Source: Bugula neritina (Eukaryota; Animalia; Bryozoa). Taken from it: a stretch of DNA of 64,000 nucleotides. Positions 39,326-51,970 of this stretch are shown here, in pieces. The stretch covers positions 21,761,504 through 21,825,503 of the forward strand of contig OZ037765.1 of NCBI GenBank assembly GCA_964035545.1, written 5' to 3'. The notes beneath the pieces are model-generated. The model did not search any database, was not told where the DNA came from, and saw nothing but the letters and a program-made list of their open reading frames with translations. The stretch's first letter is position 1; each line of letters begins with the position of its first letter. The position numbers and the translations under genes are program-made.

Positions 39326-41222
39326 ACCTTGGCTTATTTAGCCTAATGAACATTATGCTTGGAATGGAATTGAATTTTTCAAATTTCATTTTAATAACTA
39401 TCACCCATGTGTGATGAAATGTATTGGAGCAGTTATATGATACTGTAAATATGTGTTGATCGAGTCTTTTGTAATAATATGACTCAATCTTTGCATTTTC
39501 TTGAATTAAAGCTTGTTTCATTATACTGAATGTATCTTGAAGTTTCATGATTATTTTTTGTCTCATGTAATAAATATTCTCTTGTCATGAAAATGCATTT
39601 ATACATAATATGTAAATATAGCAACTTTTAGGCTACAAGATTCCAATCTTGAAAGATCAGTGTGTTTTACTAAACATGAAAACCACACAAAAAAGCAGCA
39701 ATAGAAATTTCTTAAGCATGAAAAATTGTTATAAATCAAAGTGAAAAAACTGGTTTTGAAGTGTTTTTGATTTTGATGTTTCACCAGTTGACCTAAGATA
39801 TGTCTGTGTATGATTGTGATTTTCCCAAAGGTTCTTCAGTACCAACATGTGTTTGATTGATGTTACATCACCATAATTGTTAGCAGATTCACTTACCACC
39901 TTCATGTTAATAATTATATAAAGTCTATGCATTATTTTGCATTGGGTTAGCCAGTGCACATCCTCTATTTACTGCTTTGGAGATAAGTGGTAACAGACCA
40001 AATTCAAAAAAATCTTTGTGTAATTATGTAAATTAGCTACAGTATAGGAAGAACATATTTGAGCTAGCATTCAGAAAAGTGTTAATAAGAGGTCTTGTTC
40101 AGTTGTACCTTCTTTCTTACAATTAGCATTTACAAAAAGTGGACAAATAAGTCTTATTACAAACTTTATATTTTAAATAAATAAATTTCCCACCCATTAA
40201 TTTATTTAAATACAAAATATTTCGGTAATAACAATTTTAATTGAGTTTGTAGTTGGGAGTATCAACAGGGTTTAAAAATATAAAATATGTAAAAATCAAG
40301 TATCAACAATAATTTTAACATTCTGTAAGATTTTGTTTTACAGACTAATAATTATAATTAAATAATTTTGAAGTATTGATAGGTGCTGTCCAATTGTTAA
40401 ACTCTTTGTTGTTCATCTGAGGGTTGCTCTTCGTATTGCTTGTCTTGATGTTCTCTAAAACAAAAAAATTATAGATTTTAGTAAACAGATACCAATAGCT
40501 TACTACCCACTTTATTGCAGGTTGGTATTAAGAGTGTGGATGAATAAGGAAAGTTGTAATATGAAGATCTACCAATGAAAATGGAAGTTAAATCACTTCA
40601 GGGTAGCTGTAGGCTACTTAATTTGTAATGAAAGCCTTTGATAAGTGTTGAGGTTACAGTTTGACACCTATCATTTACTCCAAGCAAGTGTGTCAGTTGG
40701 AACTGTTTGGGAAGACATCCATGTAATTCAGAGATTTTTACAGCTAATTACAATGATCAAATTTCACCTTCACTTAATTCACACAGCAATAGTTATTTTG
40801 TATAACTCACCATTTAACTGCATAAAAGCTCTACACAATGATGCAACATTTAGAGTAAAAATCATATGATTTCAACACCGCTATTGAATATTCATCTAAA
40901 TTAATGTAAATAAATGTCATGCTCTACTAGATTTCAAGTTAGTCATGCCCAAGTTTATTTCCTGAAGATTGCATGCTACTGGTTAAAGCAATTATACAAA
41001 AGTAAAAGAAAATTGAAAAGCTTTGTGTTTACTAACTTTTGATGTTTAATAATTTTTCCTTTCTGAACCCTATTAACCCACTACTGCTTATATTGCTATA
41101 AATATAGTTAAATGAAGCATAATTATAAATGTTAACAATAAATTTATCAACATTTTAAGCTCTCCAATGACAAAATAAAACAGCAAAAAGCTGTGCCTTC
41201 ACTAACCTGCTGTCATTTAATT

Positions 41223-41780
41223 TCATTGCATCTGACCAGACCAGGCTCCTTCCATCCTCCACACACTAAACGCATAACTGAGTCGCTCGTGTGCCATGTA
41301 GTTACACCCAGGAACTTTTACTTCAATTTCATCATTTCTTAGTACTTGACATAGGAAGTCTATATATCGGGTAGCCAGCTTCAAAGTTTGTATCTTACTC
41401 AGTTTATCTGATGGTAATGTTGGTATGATTTTTCTTAGCTGAGCAAATGCGTCATTTAGTGACTGAGTTCGCTGCCTTTCTCGCACATTTGCCATGACCC
41501 TCTGAACGTGCACACCTTCAAAGTTCAATGTTGTTGACTCATCAATCTCTGTCTTTAATTTTTTTATACCTGGACTGATAGAGCTGTTGCTACAGTTATC
41601 ATGTCTAATTCTTTTCCTGCTGTCAATATGGTTACCAAATGCATTATATTGGTCATCATCTGAGTAAGAGTTGGTACTCTCTGAAGAGTCTGTGGGTATT
41701 TGTTGTCTAGTCAATGGTGGTATCGAAGGAGTAGCATAGCTATAGTCCCCTCTATCCATCCCCAACTGTATGCAATTCAT
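41223..41780 (-). CDS. twist: Twist bHLH transcription factor
   Basis: [51 protein letters not shown] plus the WR motif [16 protein letters not shown]. The ORF is open to 41891, but a strong acceptor (ttttgttttacag, 41811) suggests the real start is ATG 41780 or lies in an upstream exon. Confidence 0.97.
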   Translation of the reverse strand: MNCIQLGMDRGDYSYATPSIPPLTRQQIPTDSSESTNSYSDDDQYNAFGNHIDSRKRIRHDNCSNSSISPGIKKLKTEIDESTTLNFEGVHVQRVMANVRERQRTQSLNDAFAQLRKIIPTLPSDKLSKIQTLKLATRYIDFLCQVLRNDEIEVKVPGCNYMAHERLSYAFSVWRMEGAWSGQMQ

Positions 41781-43961
41781 ATATATGCAATGGCCTTCTT
41801 TCAATACCTTCTGTAAAACAAAAAAATTTCTTTTAAAATCTAAATTTAGTAGAACCTTAAATAGAGCTTCCTTTGTTTCAATACATTTCATATTCTATAA
41901 AATATATAAGGATAGAGCTCAGCGAACAGGGCCAGCAGGCACTATAGACAGGATATCTCTGTCCTTTGTAAAGTGTTCTTGCCTACTTTCACAGCAGTAA
42001 TGATAGCAATGATTTATCTGCCCTACTGTTAATGATAGGGACATTTGTTTATATAACTCAAATGCCAGCATAAACATATCATGTTCACTCTTTCTGCAAA
42101 TGAAAATTGACGATAAAATATTACGAGTAATACAATTATGATAATATATACATGTCAAAGGATGCCTGCGACTAAGTGATAGCACCTCTGCTACATTGCA
42201 TATCTGTCATAAACTTTTACTGTGAATTGCTATCAGTGTACTGTAGCTGTTGACTAAAGTGAAAGTAGAAGGAAATCTACTAGCAAAGGATCAAGTCCCT
42301 CTTTAACAGCATGCTATATTTTGCTCTGTTAAAACTATAGTTTTGTTAAGATCAGCTATAATAATACTCCTAGACATTGGATGTTGAGTCATTTATATGG
42401 TAGAAAAGTTAATCAAGAATAACTGTATTTCACTCTACTCCTATAAACCTGAGTTACTTAGTTTATCATACACATAAATACATCACTTGGGTCATGCACT
42501 TTTATGCTTTAATTTATTTTTTTAAATTTTTCATTCAATAAGTAGCACAGTTTTTAAGTTAAAATTATTCAAACAAGGGTTCTAGTGTTCAATTTTCTGA
42601 ATATCGATATATATCAACAAAAAGTTCTAATATTTACGCATATGTTAAAAAATATTTTGAGAGTTTCTACACCTGCATTTTTACAGCCACCCAATGGTTA
42701 ATAACTGATGTATAAGTTCAAAACAACTACAGGCTACAACCTCATGAAAGCTGAAATGAATATTTTATGACATTGTTGAAATTCTCTGTATAAGCATAGC
42801 TTTATTTCACTAGTTCAAAAATGATGCTTTTAAAAAAAGAATTTTTAAATTCAAATTTCACAGGTTTAAAGTTTTGTCTATCCAAGTATAACTCTATTAC
42901 TCTGGCAACTTTTTTATCAACAATAACATATAACACCATATTACTGGTAAGGTCAATTAAATAACATTAACTTCATGCCGATACTTTTTTCTAAATTTCT
43001 ATTAGCATTTGTGTTCAACTTGGAAGATTTTTAAGATTGCTTTAAAAAATGTTTTCAATAAAAAAAGTATTCTTTAGTAAGTTATAGGTTATAAATTTAT
43101 ATAAGCAACAATAACAGCACATATAGAATCTTTTTGAAAATTGTCAATGCATGGAATTCAATATTATAGAATAAGTTCTGCAATTGTAGCTTTATGTTAA
43201 TTTATAATACAATAGATGCTTACCAAAATCTTGTATGTATTACCAGCTTACTTGATGTAAGTAATTTTTAGAACCACTGAAAGAATAGACTATCTCAGAT
43301 GATACCTGAGTTAATTGTAAACTAAATAATTTCGTTGTAGGAGAAACTTATCAAACATTTGACTTCGTGTATGTGCTGCCTCAACCAGCCAATAAAAAAG
43401 CAGAACCACGCCTGATGTCATACTTTGTGCTAGCTGCAGCTTGTGGAGAGCCAAGTGTATAGATGTGCAACTTGACACCTGTATGCTACCTGCATTAAGG
43501 CCAATACAATTCATATAGTAGATAACTTGAATTCTATGGCTATATGCTTAGAAACTCCTCCGTGCTGATATTTTTCTAGTAGAAACACAAGCAATTTAAT
43601 CTATTCTTTAAAACTGACAGCTTTTATATTTTTTGGATGCAAAATTGTAAGGTTATGACATCAATCAAAACAAGTAAAATGATTAGTGAAGTGCAATGCA
43701 AATTACAACTACTTGTTGGCTGCAAGTATCCAAATTGAAATTAATTTTATGGGAAGCACTTTGAACATCTTCAGTTGTAATATCTGAATGTTAATGTCAC
43801 CACTTGAGCTCGTCAGTTAATTACTTTTTAGAAAAATAATTAAATTAAAACACAAAAATATAGGAAATCAATAGCTGTGAGTGTATGATTCTTTCTATAT
43901 AAAATGACCACTTCTATTTTAAATTATTGCTCTGACTTTTGCTGTTAAATTCTTTTTAAGC

Positions 43962-45459
43962 ATGTCCCAAGTATTTTTGGTAGAAAATATAGAGCCCACT
44001 ATAGAACTTAATGAACAAATAAACTATAGAGACTACCTCTATCAGATGGATGAGCATGGAATACCGACAGCTGGCAGCGGTTCTAAGGGTGCTGCTGGAT
44101 TATGCTGGGAGATGTTCATCGCTAAAGGAAACGGTGATTCGTCACCTGCAGTGAATCATGAAGGTAATTGTAATACTTTATGTCTATCATGTCTAACCAA
44201 ACAATATTTTCAGTAGCAAGCATTTTGTCACAAAATTTCAATTATACTTCATCTTTTTTCTTCATGGTATGGGAATATAATTTAAAAAAAAAACAGGATA
44301 ATAACGATAATTTACCTAGCTATGCTTGCATTTACTAATAGGTTGTCTCTTATTACTAATTTTTGCTTACATGTTGCCTATTAATATCTATATACCACAG
44401 CTATGACCAATTATAATTTAGTTATTATGCATGCAGATATAGATGAACTACAAAAGTACTAATATTTCAATATGTGTCAACTATCAATGCAACAATTTAG
44501 GAGCTTTAAATATAGCTGATTTAAGAAAGCCAGAAGAACTTCATCTTGCAATTTAGTGAATAATAGTACAGCTGATGCTCTACTCATTTAGAAATAGTAA
44601 TGATGTTTATTTAGAAAATGTAAAAGCGTAAAATTTTCTAATAAGCTTTATTAACTGAAAAATTTCTTCCAGATATTCCCCACATACAGAAAGTGCAACA
44701 TAAAGAACATAAAAGGTTAAACAACATCAACAGTGCATTTGAGAGACTAAAAGAAGTTATCCCCACATTTCCATTTGAGAAGAGGTTAACTAAAATTGAG
44801 ACTCTGAAGTTGGCTATATCCTATATAAGCATGCTGGAAGACATGTTGGCTTCAGAACTTCATCCAAAAATATTTCTTGAAAAAATCTTATGTGGAGAAA
44901 AGCAAGCCCATAGGTGGTATACACATGGTATGTTACTAGAGCTTTTTTGCACAGAATTACGATTTTTAGCTACACTGTACATTGTTTCTGCGTGTATGTA
45001 TGTGCACATGTGGGTACATGTATATGTGTATCTGCGTGGTTTGTGTTATTTAGTTGTTTCATACCATTTGAATAAATGCATTTTAACTTGAGCATCACAA
45101 GGCTTCCTCTTGAAAAATGGTTTAATTGGTAATTTAATCGACAAAATAAATAATTAGCTGATTGGCATAACAGAGAAATAAAAGTTTCAACAGTTAAGCA
45201 AGATATCACAAAATGCGACCATAAATAGAACAGTGGCTTTTTTCTGTTATAGTAAACAAAATAGATGGAAATCTACATTACGCAATAATGGGAAAATAAT
45301 CAAAAATAAAATTCATCACCTTTCATAACGACATATTAAATAAATAAAATATAACTAGGCTTATCTTAAACAAATAAATAAAATGTTATTATTGTAGAAT
45401 TGTCAGCTCGACTGAACTGGCTAAATTGGAGAAACCTGGGCATGCAAATAGAATACTAA
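43962..45459 (+). CDS. Fer2: Fer2 / HLH-13 (48-related, PTF1 class) bHLH factor, 3 exons
   Basis: Exons 43962-44163, 44673-44927 and 45398-45459 join in frame. INSAFERLKEVIPTFPFEKRLTKIETLKLAISYISML and the C-terminal FLEKILCGE...WYTHELSARLNWLNW correspond to the Fer2 motif W.TSDL.ARLSWINW. Confidence 0.8.
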
Positions 45460-45627
45460 AACTTCATGGATTAAGTATGAAAACTTCAACTCCAACATAG
45501 TTGTAAAAGTGCTGAAAAAGCTAAGTAATGACATTTATATCATTGCACTATGATTTATAGAAGAAGACAACTCTTAACCAAGAAATACATTATGGTGAAC
45601 AAGTGATAGAGAAAGCTAATGATATGG

Positions 45628-48600
45628 TTAAACTTTTTTGATGATATCGCGATTCCTAAACACTGCATTAACATATTCCACAGTTATTCGATCCAAATAG
45701 GTCAATCCTCGGCCCAAAAACGTGTCAACAAAACCAACATGGCCACCATATTTGGTCAGCAGAAGAGCCACATAATCTGATTGACTAATGTCTTGCACAG
45801 GAATACCTGCAAAAAATAGGAAACTCAAGTTTAGATAAAAATTAACATGACATGGTATCCTATAACAGAAGTTTATAGTATTTGAAGTAATACAGGTGAT
45901 GGGGTTTATGAAGTTTTAAAGCACGTAGACAGTGTGTAGATTGCTGCTTTACTCGATATTTTTGTAAAAAAAAACTTATAGATAACATAAAAATATTGTA
46001 AAACGTTTTATATTGTAAATTGTAAAAAATATTGTAATGTAAAATTTCACATATAATTGATGTTATTTTATATAATAATGAAGTATGCATTAACTTCAGA
46101 AGATAAAATTTTACTAATGGTGTATATTCCTCTCACATTTGAGTATGGGTACAAGAAGCAGGTACCCCTCATATATGCTCACATACTAACAGCACCAGGT
46201 AACAAGGTGACGAGAAGTTGAAGTACTCACAATAGCCAGGTGAGAAGGGGTCATCGGCAGAGTTGAGAGCTAGCAGTGGGGTTTTTATCAAATGAACTTT
46301 ATCAGAAGCCCGAGATGTTTCATAATAGTGATCTAATGAGTCAAATCCGAACACCTTGGCTGTGAAGCTTTCATCAAATTCATGAATTGTGTTACTCTAA
46401 AATATTAACCACATGTAACAACTACTTAATTGTTTTATTCAGTAATACCTAACACCATGTGAAGATATCAACGCTTGATATGCAATAGGCCAAATATAGT
46501 TTTATAAAGAATTTGTTTTCAACAAAAATGCATTATTGTATAAGGATATTGGTACAGTCCCATTAAATGATTGGTTCACCAAAGATCATACACACAAAGT
46601 TATAATAATATGTAGCCTACTGCTTAATACTTGCTATGTTTGTACTATAAAGTGTAGAACAATTTATAACTCATTGCACTTACTGCTCTAACGTGATCAA
46701 TGTTCACCACTCCCTCAAAGACGTGCATATTTCTACAAAAAAAAAACATTACATTGAAATAGTGCGTTACATGAAATTACAAAAAATATTTTTATATACG
46801 TAAGTTTATAGCACTAGCGACTAGATGACACATAGACAAAACAGAATCTACAAAATAAAGCTATGTCAACCTACTTCTCAACAAATGAAATCAATTTCTT
46901 TGCAAAGCGTCTGTTGTATAAATAATGGTTAAGTGGAGTTGATAGAGTTTTCATTGATTCAAATGGATTCCATGGCACAGAGATTGTCATCGCAGCTATT
47001 AGTTTGCTGTTCTCTCCAGATTTAGCCAAATAGTGAAACAAAATCATCCTATGAGAGAATAATAATAACATATACTATGCTACAGTGAACAACAGCATTA
47101 GAAGTTGACAGATGTATTGTACTTTTCATCAAACACCCTAATAAAAAATAGCTATGTAATGCAGTTTTATGATGTCTCTAAACAGTATTAATGCATGCTG
47201 AACAATGAGAAAAAAGAACATAATTATAAGACAGGCCCTAGTGAGCTCACCACCTCCCCCTAAAGAATACACAAGACAGGCACTAGTGCACTCACCCCCC
47301 TAAAGATATTCCGATTGCCATGAGCGGAGCTTCAGGATACTTGGCTTTAATCAAGTTCACAACATATTCCAGGTCATCGGTGTAACAGGCACAATACGAC
47401 TTGGCTGTCTAAAGCATGACAATGATAACCTAGTTATTGATTGTGAATAAAGTACACTTGATAAAATATGATAACTGAGAAAATTAGGTAACAAAACAAG
47501 CTTTGTGTAATGTTTTTCATCAATTAGGCCAAAGGGCAACTTTTGAAAATACTTTAAATTTTTAAACTCGCCGTGTCCCAATAAAATACATCCAAGTAGA
47601 CAAAATCATTAGAATGAGAAATGCTTATAAATGAAAAACAAACATAAAATGTAATATAATGGCAATGCCATAATATGAATATGCATTAATATTTACTACA
47701 CAGTACATATACTCGTACATTAATCTTTTAAAAACTACAGAATCAAATAACAGACAAAATTTGAGAAATTATTTACCCTTAAATCTTGATCCCCCATTCC
47801 TCTGTAGGTGAATACTACGGACCTAAACAATAAATGCACACTGTAAAAATCACATTAACAAATAATCAAAGACTTTTTCTAATTTGTTAGCTGTATGTAA
47901 AACGGGTATATTATATTACACAATCTACAAAATAGGCCTTACTATCTCGTAATGAGAGCACACAACTGTCAGTATTAACAGAGATGCAGATTGTGTGTGT
48001 GTGTGCGCGCGCGCAGTAATATTTGCATTATTATATTTATTGGCGACTCTCCATCATCTCTGTTTATATATGTTGTTAATGTACTCTCATTACCTGTAAT
48101 GCCTATATTTTTTAATGTGCTCCACTTTACAGTACAAGTTAAATTATAAGGGTAATCAAGTATATTCATGGCATACACACCTGTAACCTTTTCTCTTCAC
48201 ACCAGTAATAAAATGGAGTATATAGTTAGACTCATTATTGCCAGTTAAACCTGGAAGAAAAAGAACTATGGGCCTTTCCCTTTCAGTGTATTGTGAGTTT
48301 TCAGTATTGTTCACCCAATGCAAATGTACTAGACCATTGTCCGGTAACTCTATATCCTCCACTTTATCCCATGGAACTATGGGAAAAGTTCTCATAACAC
48401 CACCAATAACTGTTTGAAGTGTTGTACCAAATGTCATAAAAAAGGGGGAAAATTTTTCAACTGATGTAGGAACACAAGTAGCTAAAAATTTTCGGAAGAC
48501 ATCCTTTTGACAGAATAGTTGTGGTGGCTAAAATAAAACAAAAAAAATTTAAAATATATCTACAAAATACTTGAGCTCAAAAACTTAATATTACTCTTAG

Positions 48601-48813
48601 TTGTTGTAGAAAATTACTGCAGATGATTTTCAAATAGCATAAAATTCATAATAGTTAGAGAAGGGAAATAAACTAATTCTAACTTACCTTACAAATTTTA
48701 TATTTATAGTACACTGCGAACACCATACTACAGCTTAGGGATATCTTCATTGCAAGAGACATTTGGCCAACACAATTAGACCATCCTGCTAGCAATCCTG
48801 ATACCAAGTCCAT
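45628..48813 (-). CDS. ABHD3: Alpha/beta hydrolase ABHD1/ABHD3 family (phospholipase-like), ~8 exons
   Basis: LPDNGLVHLHW, VLFLPGLTG, FTYRGMGG, nucleophile GISLGG, EFDESFT, LNSADDPF and GGHVGF (Ser-Asp-His triad). ATG at 48813. Confidence 0.88.
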
Positions 48814-49319
48814 TGGAAACTTAAACTACTAACTTTATCTATCAAAACACTAATAAATTTGAATTTCTGTGAGATGAATATATTGTTATAAATCAAATTT
48901 GGCAATACAGCAATGGTTGAAATTAGATAGGTTTGTACAGGATAGTGACTTAAATTTAAATCAGCTATAAGAAACATGTTTTAAAACAATTTTCTTTCCA
49001 TAGTTTTATTTAAAACATGCATCTCAATTAAATTATTGACAAATAAACATAATTTAATGAAAACTACAAAGCTAAGTTATGAACTTCAAATTTTATTACT
49101 GCAATAACTATAAGATGATTTTAAATAACCAAATAGCCCTAAATAACTATTAAGTATAATTGGTTAAAAAAAACTACTGCTTGTGTCTTGGTGTAGTTTC
49201 ACTATTTTCATTCTGTACTTCTTTAATAAATCATTTTAAACCTAAAAACTAAAGAGTGTGATAGCTCTTAAATTATTATTATAAATAGCAATTATGATTG
49301 GTAGCAAAACTCTGAAATA

Positions 49320-49800
49320 GACATATTCATACTAATGAGTATAACTATAACTATAAGCTTTCCGAGGAATATATTATACTAATAACAATATTGTTATTGT
49401 ATCTAAACTAAACCTTTAGTTTCTAAACACGAATTTTACAGTAATCATTCACATTGATTTGGCGTTCATTTTGACAAAAAGGCAATAATCTTTATTTAAC
49501 TATTCTAATACCAAAGGCAATATTTCATCTTGCAGCAATAGTAATAATACTTATACCGTATAACTGTAACTATATCACTATAAGTTAATGCTATAGCCAA
49601 ATATTAGCATTACTATTAATTATACTTAGTACTTACATTTACAGTCAATGTTATTAGTTACACAATACTTACTTATAGTAATACTGATAATGTAGCCTAA
49701 ATATTAATATTTAATAATATTATTAGTCATACTCATGGTCATACTGTGTGGTATAAAATTATAGTTTACAAATACTATTTCAAATACAAAGGTTAAAGAA
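49320..49800. repeat. Periodic TA/AT lattice upstream of ABHD
   Basis: ataactataactataag, agtaataatacttatac, tattagtcatactcatggtcatact. Confidence 0.7.
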
Positions 49801-50454
49801 TTAGATTATACGACGTCGATTGTCAGCACTTAAGCTCTTGCTAAATTCAAATTATACATTAATTCATTAAAAAAGTAAGCCCCTGTCAACAACTGTGTCG
49901 TGCTCAGATTACAGTTACACTTACAGAGATTTAATTCATTTTTTATACAGTTTGAGTTACTGTTAGCGTTACTGCTACAGTCAGTGTTACACCCAAGATG
50001 GAGATGATAGATCAACTTCAACTTTAAGTTCTAGTTCAAGTGCGATTTCAACACTTATCAGTTGTTAAACGATAACCATAATCATAATGGGCAGTTGAAG
50101 CCATAAAACTAACTCTAAGTGAACAGCAAAGTTGATTCATTTTAAACATGTTTTTGCCTAAAAGCTTTGGTACTCATGCTCAGAGCAGTTAATGTTTTGT
50201 CATAGAAAACACTTTTCCTTTACCTTCAATTAGCGTTTCACGTTCAGTCAGCATTTGAGTTCTGCTTTCGAATCACACAGCAGGTAATTTTGTCTATTAG
50301 TGTTAGTTTTGCAGGGTTATTTGATTGGCTAATATTCAAACGCCACTCCAGACCGCAAGAGAAGTTTATTATAACCAATGGTCTACCCCGTAGTTTTCGC
50401 CTAGTTGAACTGTGCCTAAAATGTCGGGCTGAAAAGCAAGCCTATTAGCCGTAG

Positions 50455-50692
50455 TCAATACTATTAAAAGTTTTTTATAATCTATATGCAATCAACTGGC
50501 TTGACACATGGTTGTTAGATAGGTTTTGATTAGCTGATGAGGAAGCAGTTCTGGTTAGCTTACTTTATAATATTACTCTCTGATCAAGTTAGTAAGCCAA
50601 TCATGGGCGCTGTCTAATTAGCCAATCAAGAAATGTAAGCTTACTAAATGTCAATCCAGTCGACTGCATATAGAACAACTTATACTATTGAA
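50455..50692. mobile_element. Palindromic MITE-like element carrying CCAAT boxes
   Basis: tctatatgcaatcaactggcttgaca (50481-50506) is the reverse complement (3 mismatches in 26) of tgtcaatccagtcgactgcatataga (50649-50674). Inner arms are ttgattagct...ttagcttact and agtaagccaatc...agccaatcaa. Confidence 0.65.
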
Positions 50693-50749
50693 AGGCTCAA
50701 TTTTGCAGTTCTAGCATTTTTTTTACCTTTTTAATGTTTTCGTATTTAT

Positions 50750-51360
50750 GATTATCTAATAGTAAGACTAAGTACTAAGACTATTTCCATAATTATAATA
50801 ATACATTTATTTCTACTTGGTGTTATAAAATATCCCACTTCCCAGTCTTTAACTGTTGAATGTAAGTGTTGAGTATTCATAATGATAATCATAATGATTA
50901 ATGATAATCATATTCATATTGATATCGATATCATAATCATAATGATAATATATTAATAATATTTGAGTATTAGTAGTAATACTAATAGTAATAGTAATAC
51001 TACAGACATAGTCTATAAGATTAAGTATAACTATAATTACAAGACATAAGATTAAGAGTGAATCATAAGACTAGTCACTAAGAGTAAGTATAAGTTGGAC
51101 TTGGTAAACGCCAACGGAGTAATACTAGTAGTAGTATTAGTACTACTACTACTAATACTACTACTACTACTAGTAGTAGTACTACTACTAGTACTACAGT
51201 GCTAGTAGTAGTACTAGTACTACTAGTAGTTGTTGTACTTGTACTTTGTAGTAGTAGTGGTACTAATAGTAATACTAGTAGTACTATTAATATAAATATT
51301 AATATTATTGTATTACTAGTAGTAGTAGTTAGTCACTAGTCAAACTTAATGCTGGTACTT
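50750..51360. repeat. Periodic TA/AT lattice upstream of ADRM1
   Basis: aatgataatcataatgat, tagtaatactaatagtaatagtaatac, and long (tac)n/(tag)n runs at 51120-51335. Confidence 0.85.
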
Positions 51361-51970
51361 ATTTTTATTTTTGAAATAAAAAAATAACTCGTATTAGATT
51401 AGGATTAACGTATTAGATTAGGATTACCGTTTAACTCTTACACTAACAGTAACAATCATTTTATTATTTGATTTTATTAATAGTTTATTACTGAGTTCCT
51501 CTGAAAACATCTAGTTTAATTTTTGATAGTTATTTTACCTCTCAAATCTTTTGTAGTACTACTACGACTAAAAACTTCATATTTGTTTTGTCTTTCAAAA
51601 TGTACTCGTATAATATATGTTTTCATCCTGCTTTATTGGTTGAATGCTGCTTGATTGGTTGTCTAAAGCTGTTCTTTGAAATATAGTATATTTTGTGAAT
51701 GGAGGTTGTTTTTAAGATTACATTGTTTCCTAAATTAGGACTTGAAAAAATTATGCTTCTAAGCTAATTTATTATCAAGCAATGTTTTTACCTTTTGGTT
51801 TTGTTGATAGTGCTAACTAAATTGTGAAATTACTGCATGTTTCACCACAATTTTGTTAGTGTTTAATTTAAATGTTAATGTGACTTTCAGTAGTTATCAC
51901 TGGTGTTGGTTACATGAATCCTTGTAGTAAAGTGATGTTATTTTGTAGCCAATTATTAAGAAATTCAACA

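Noticed and set aside
50040-50300. snRNA or spliced-leader RNA (cttatcagtt; caggtaattttg)
   Set aside because: Only short motif matches, with no supporting stem-loops or full Sm-site context.
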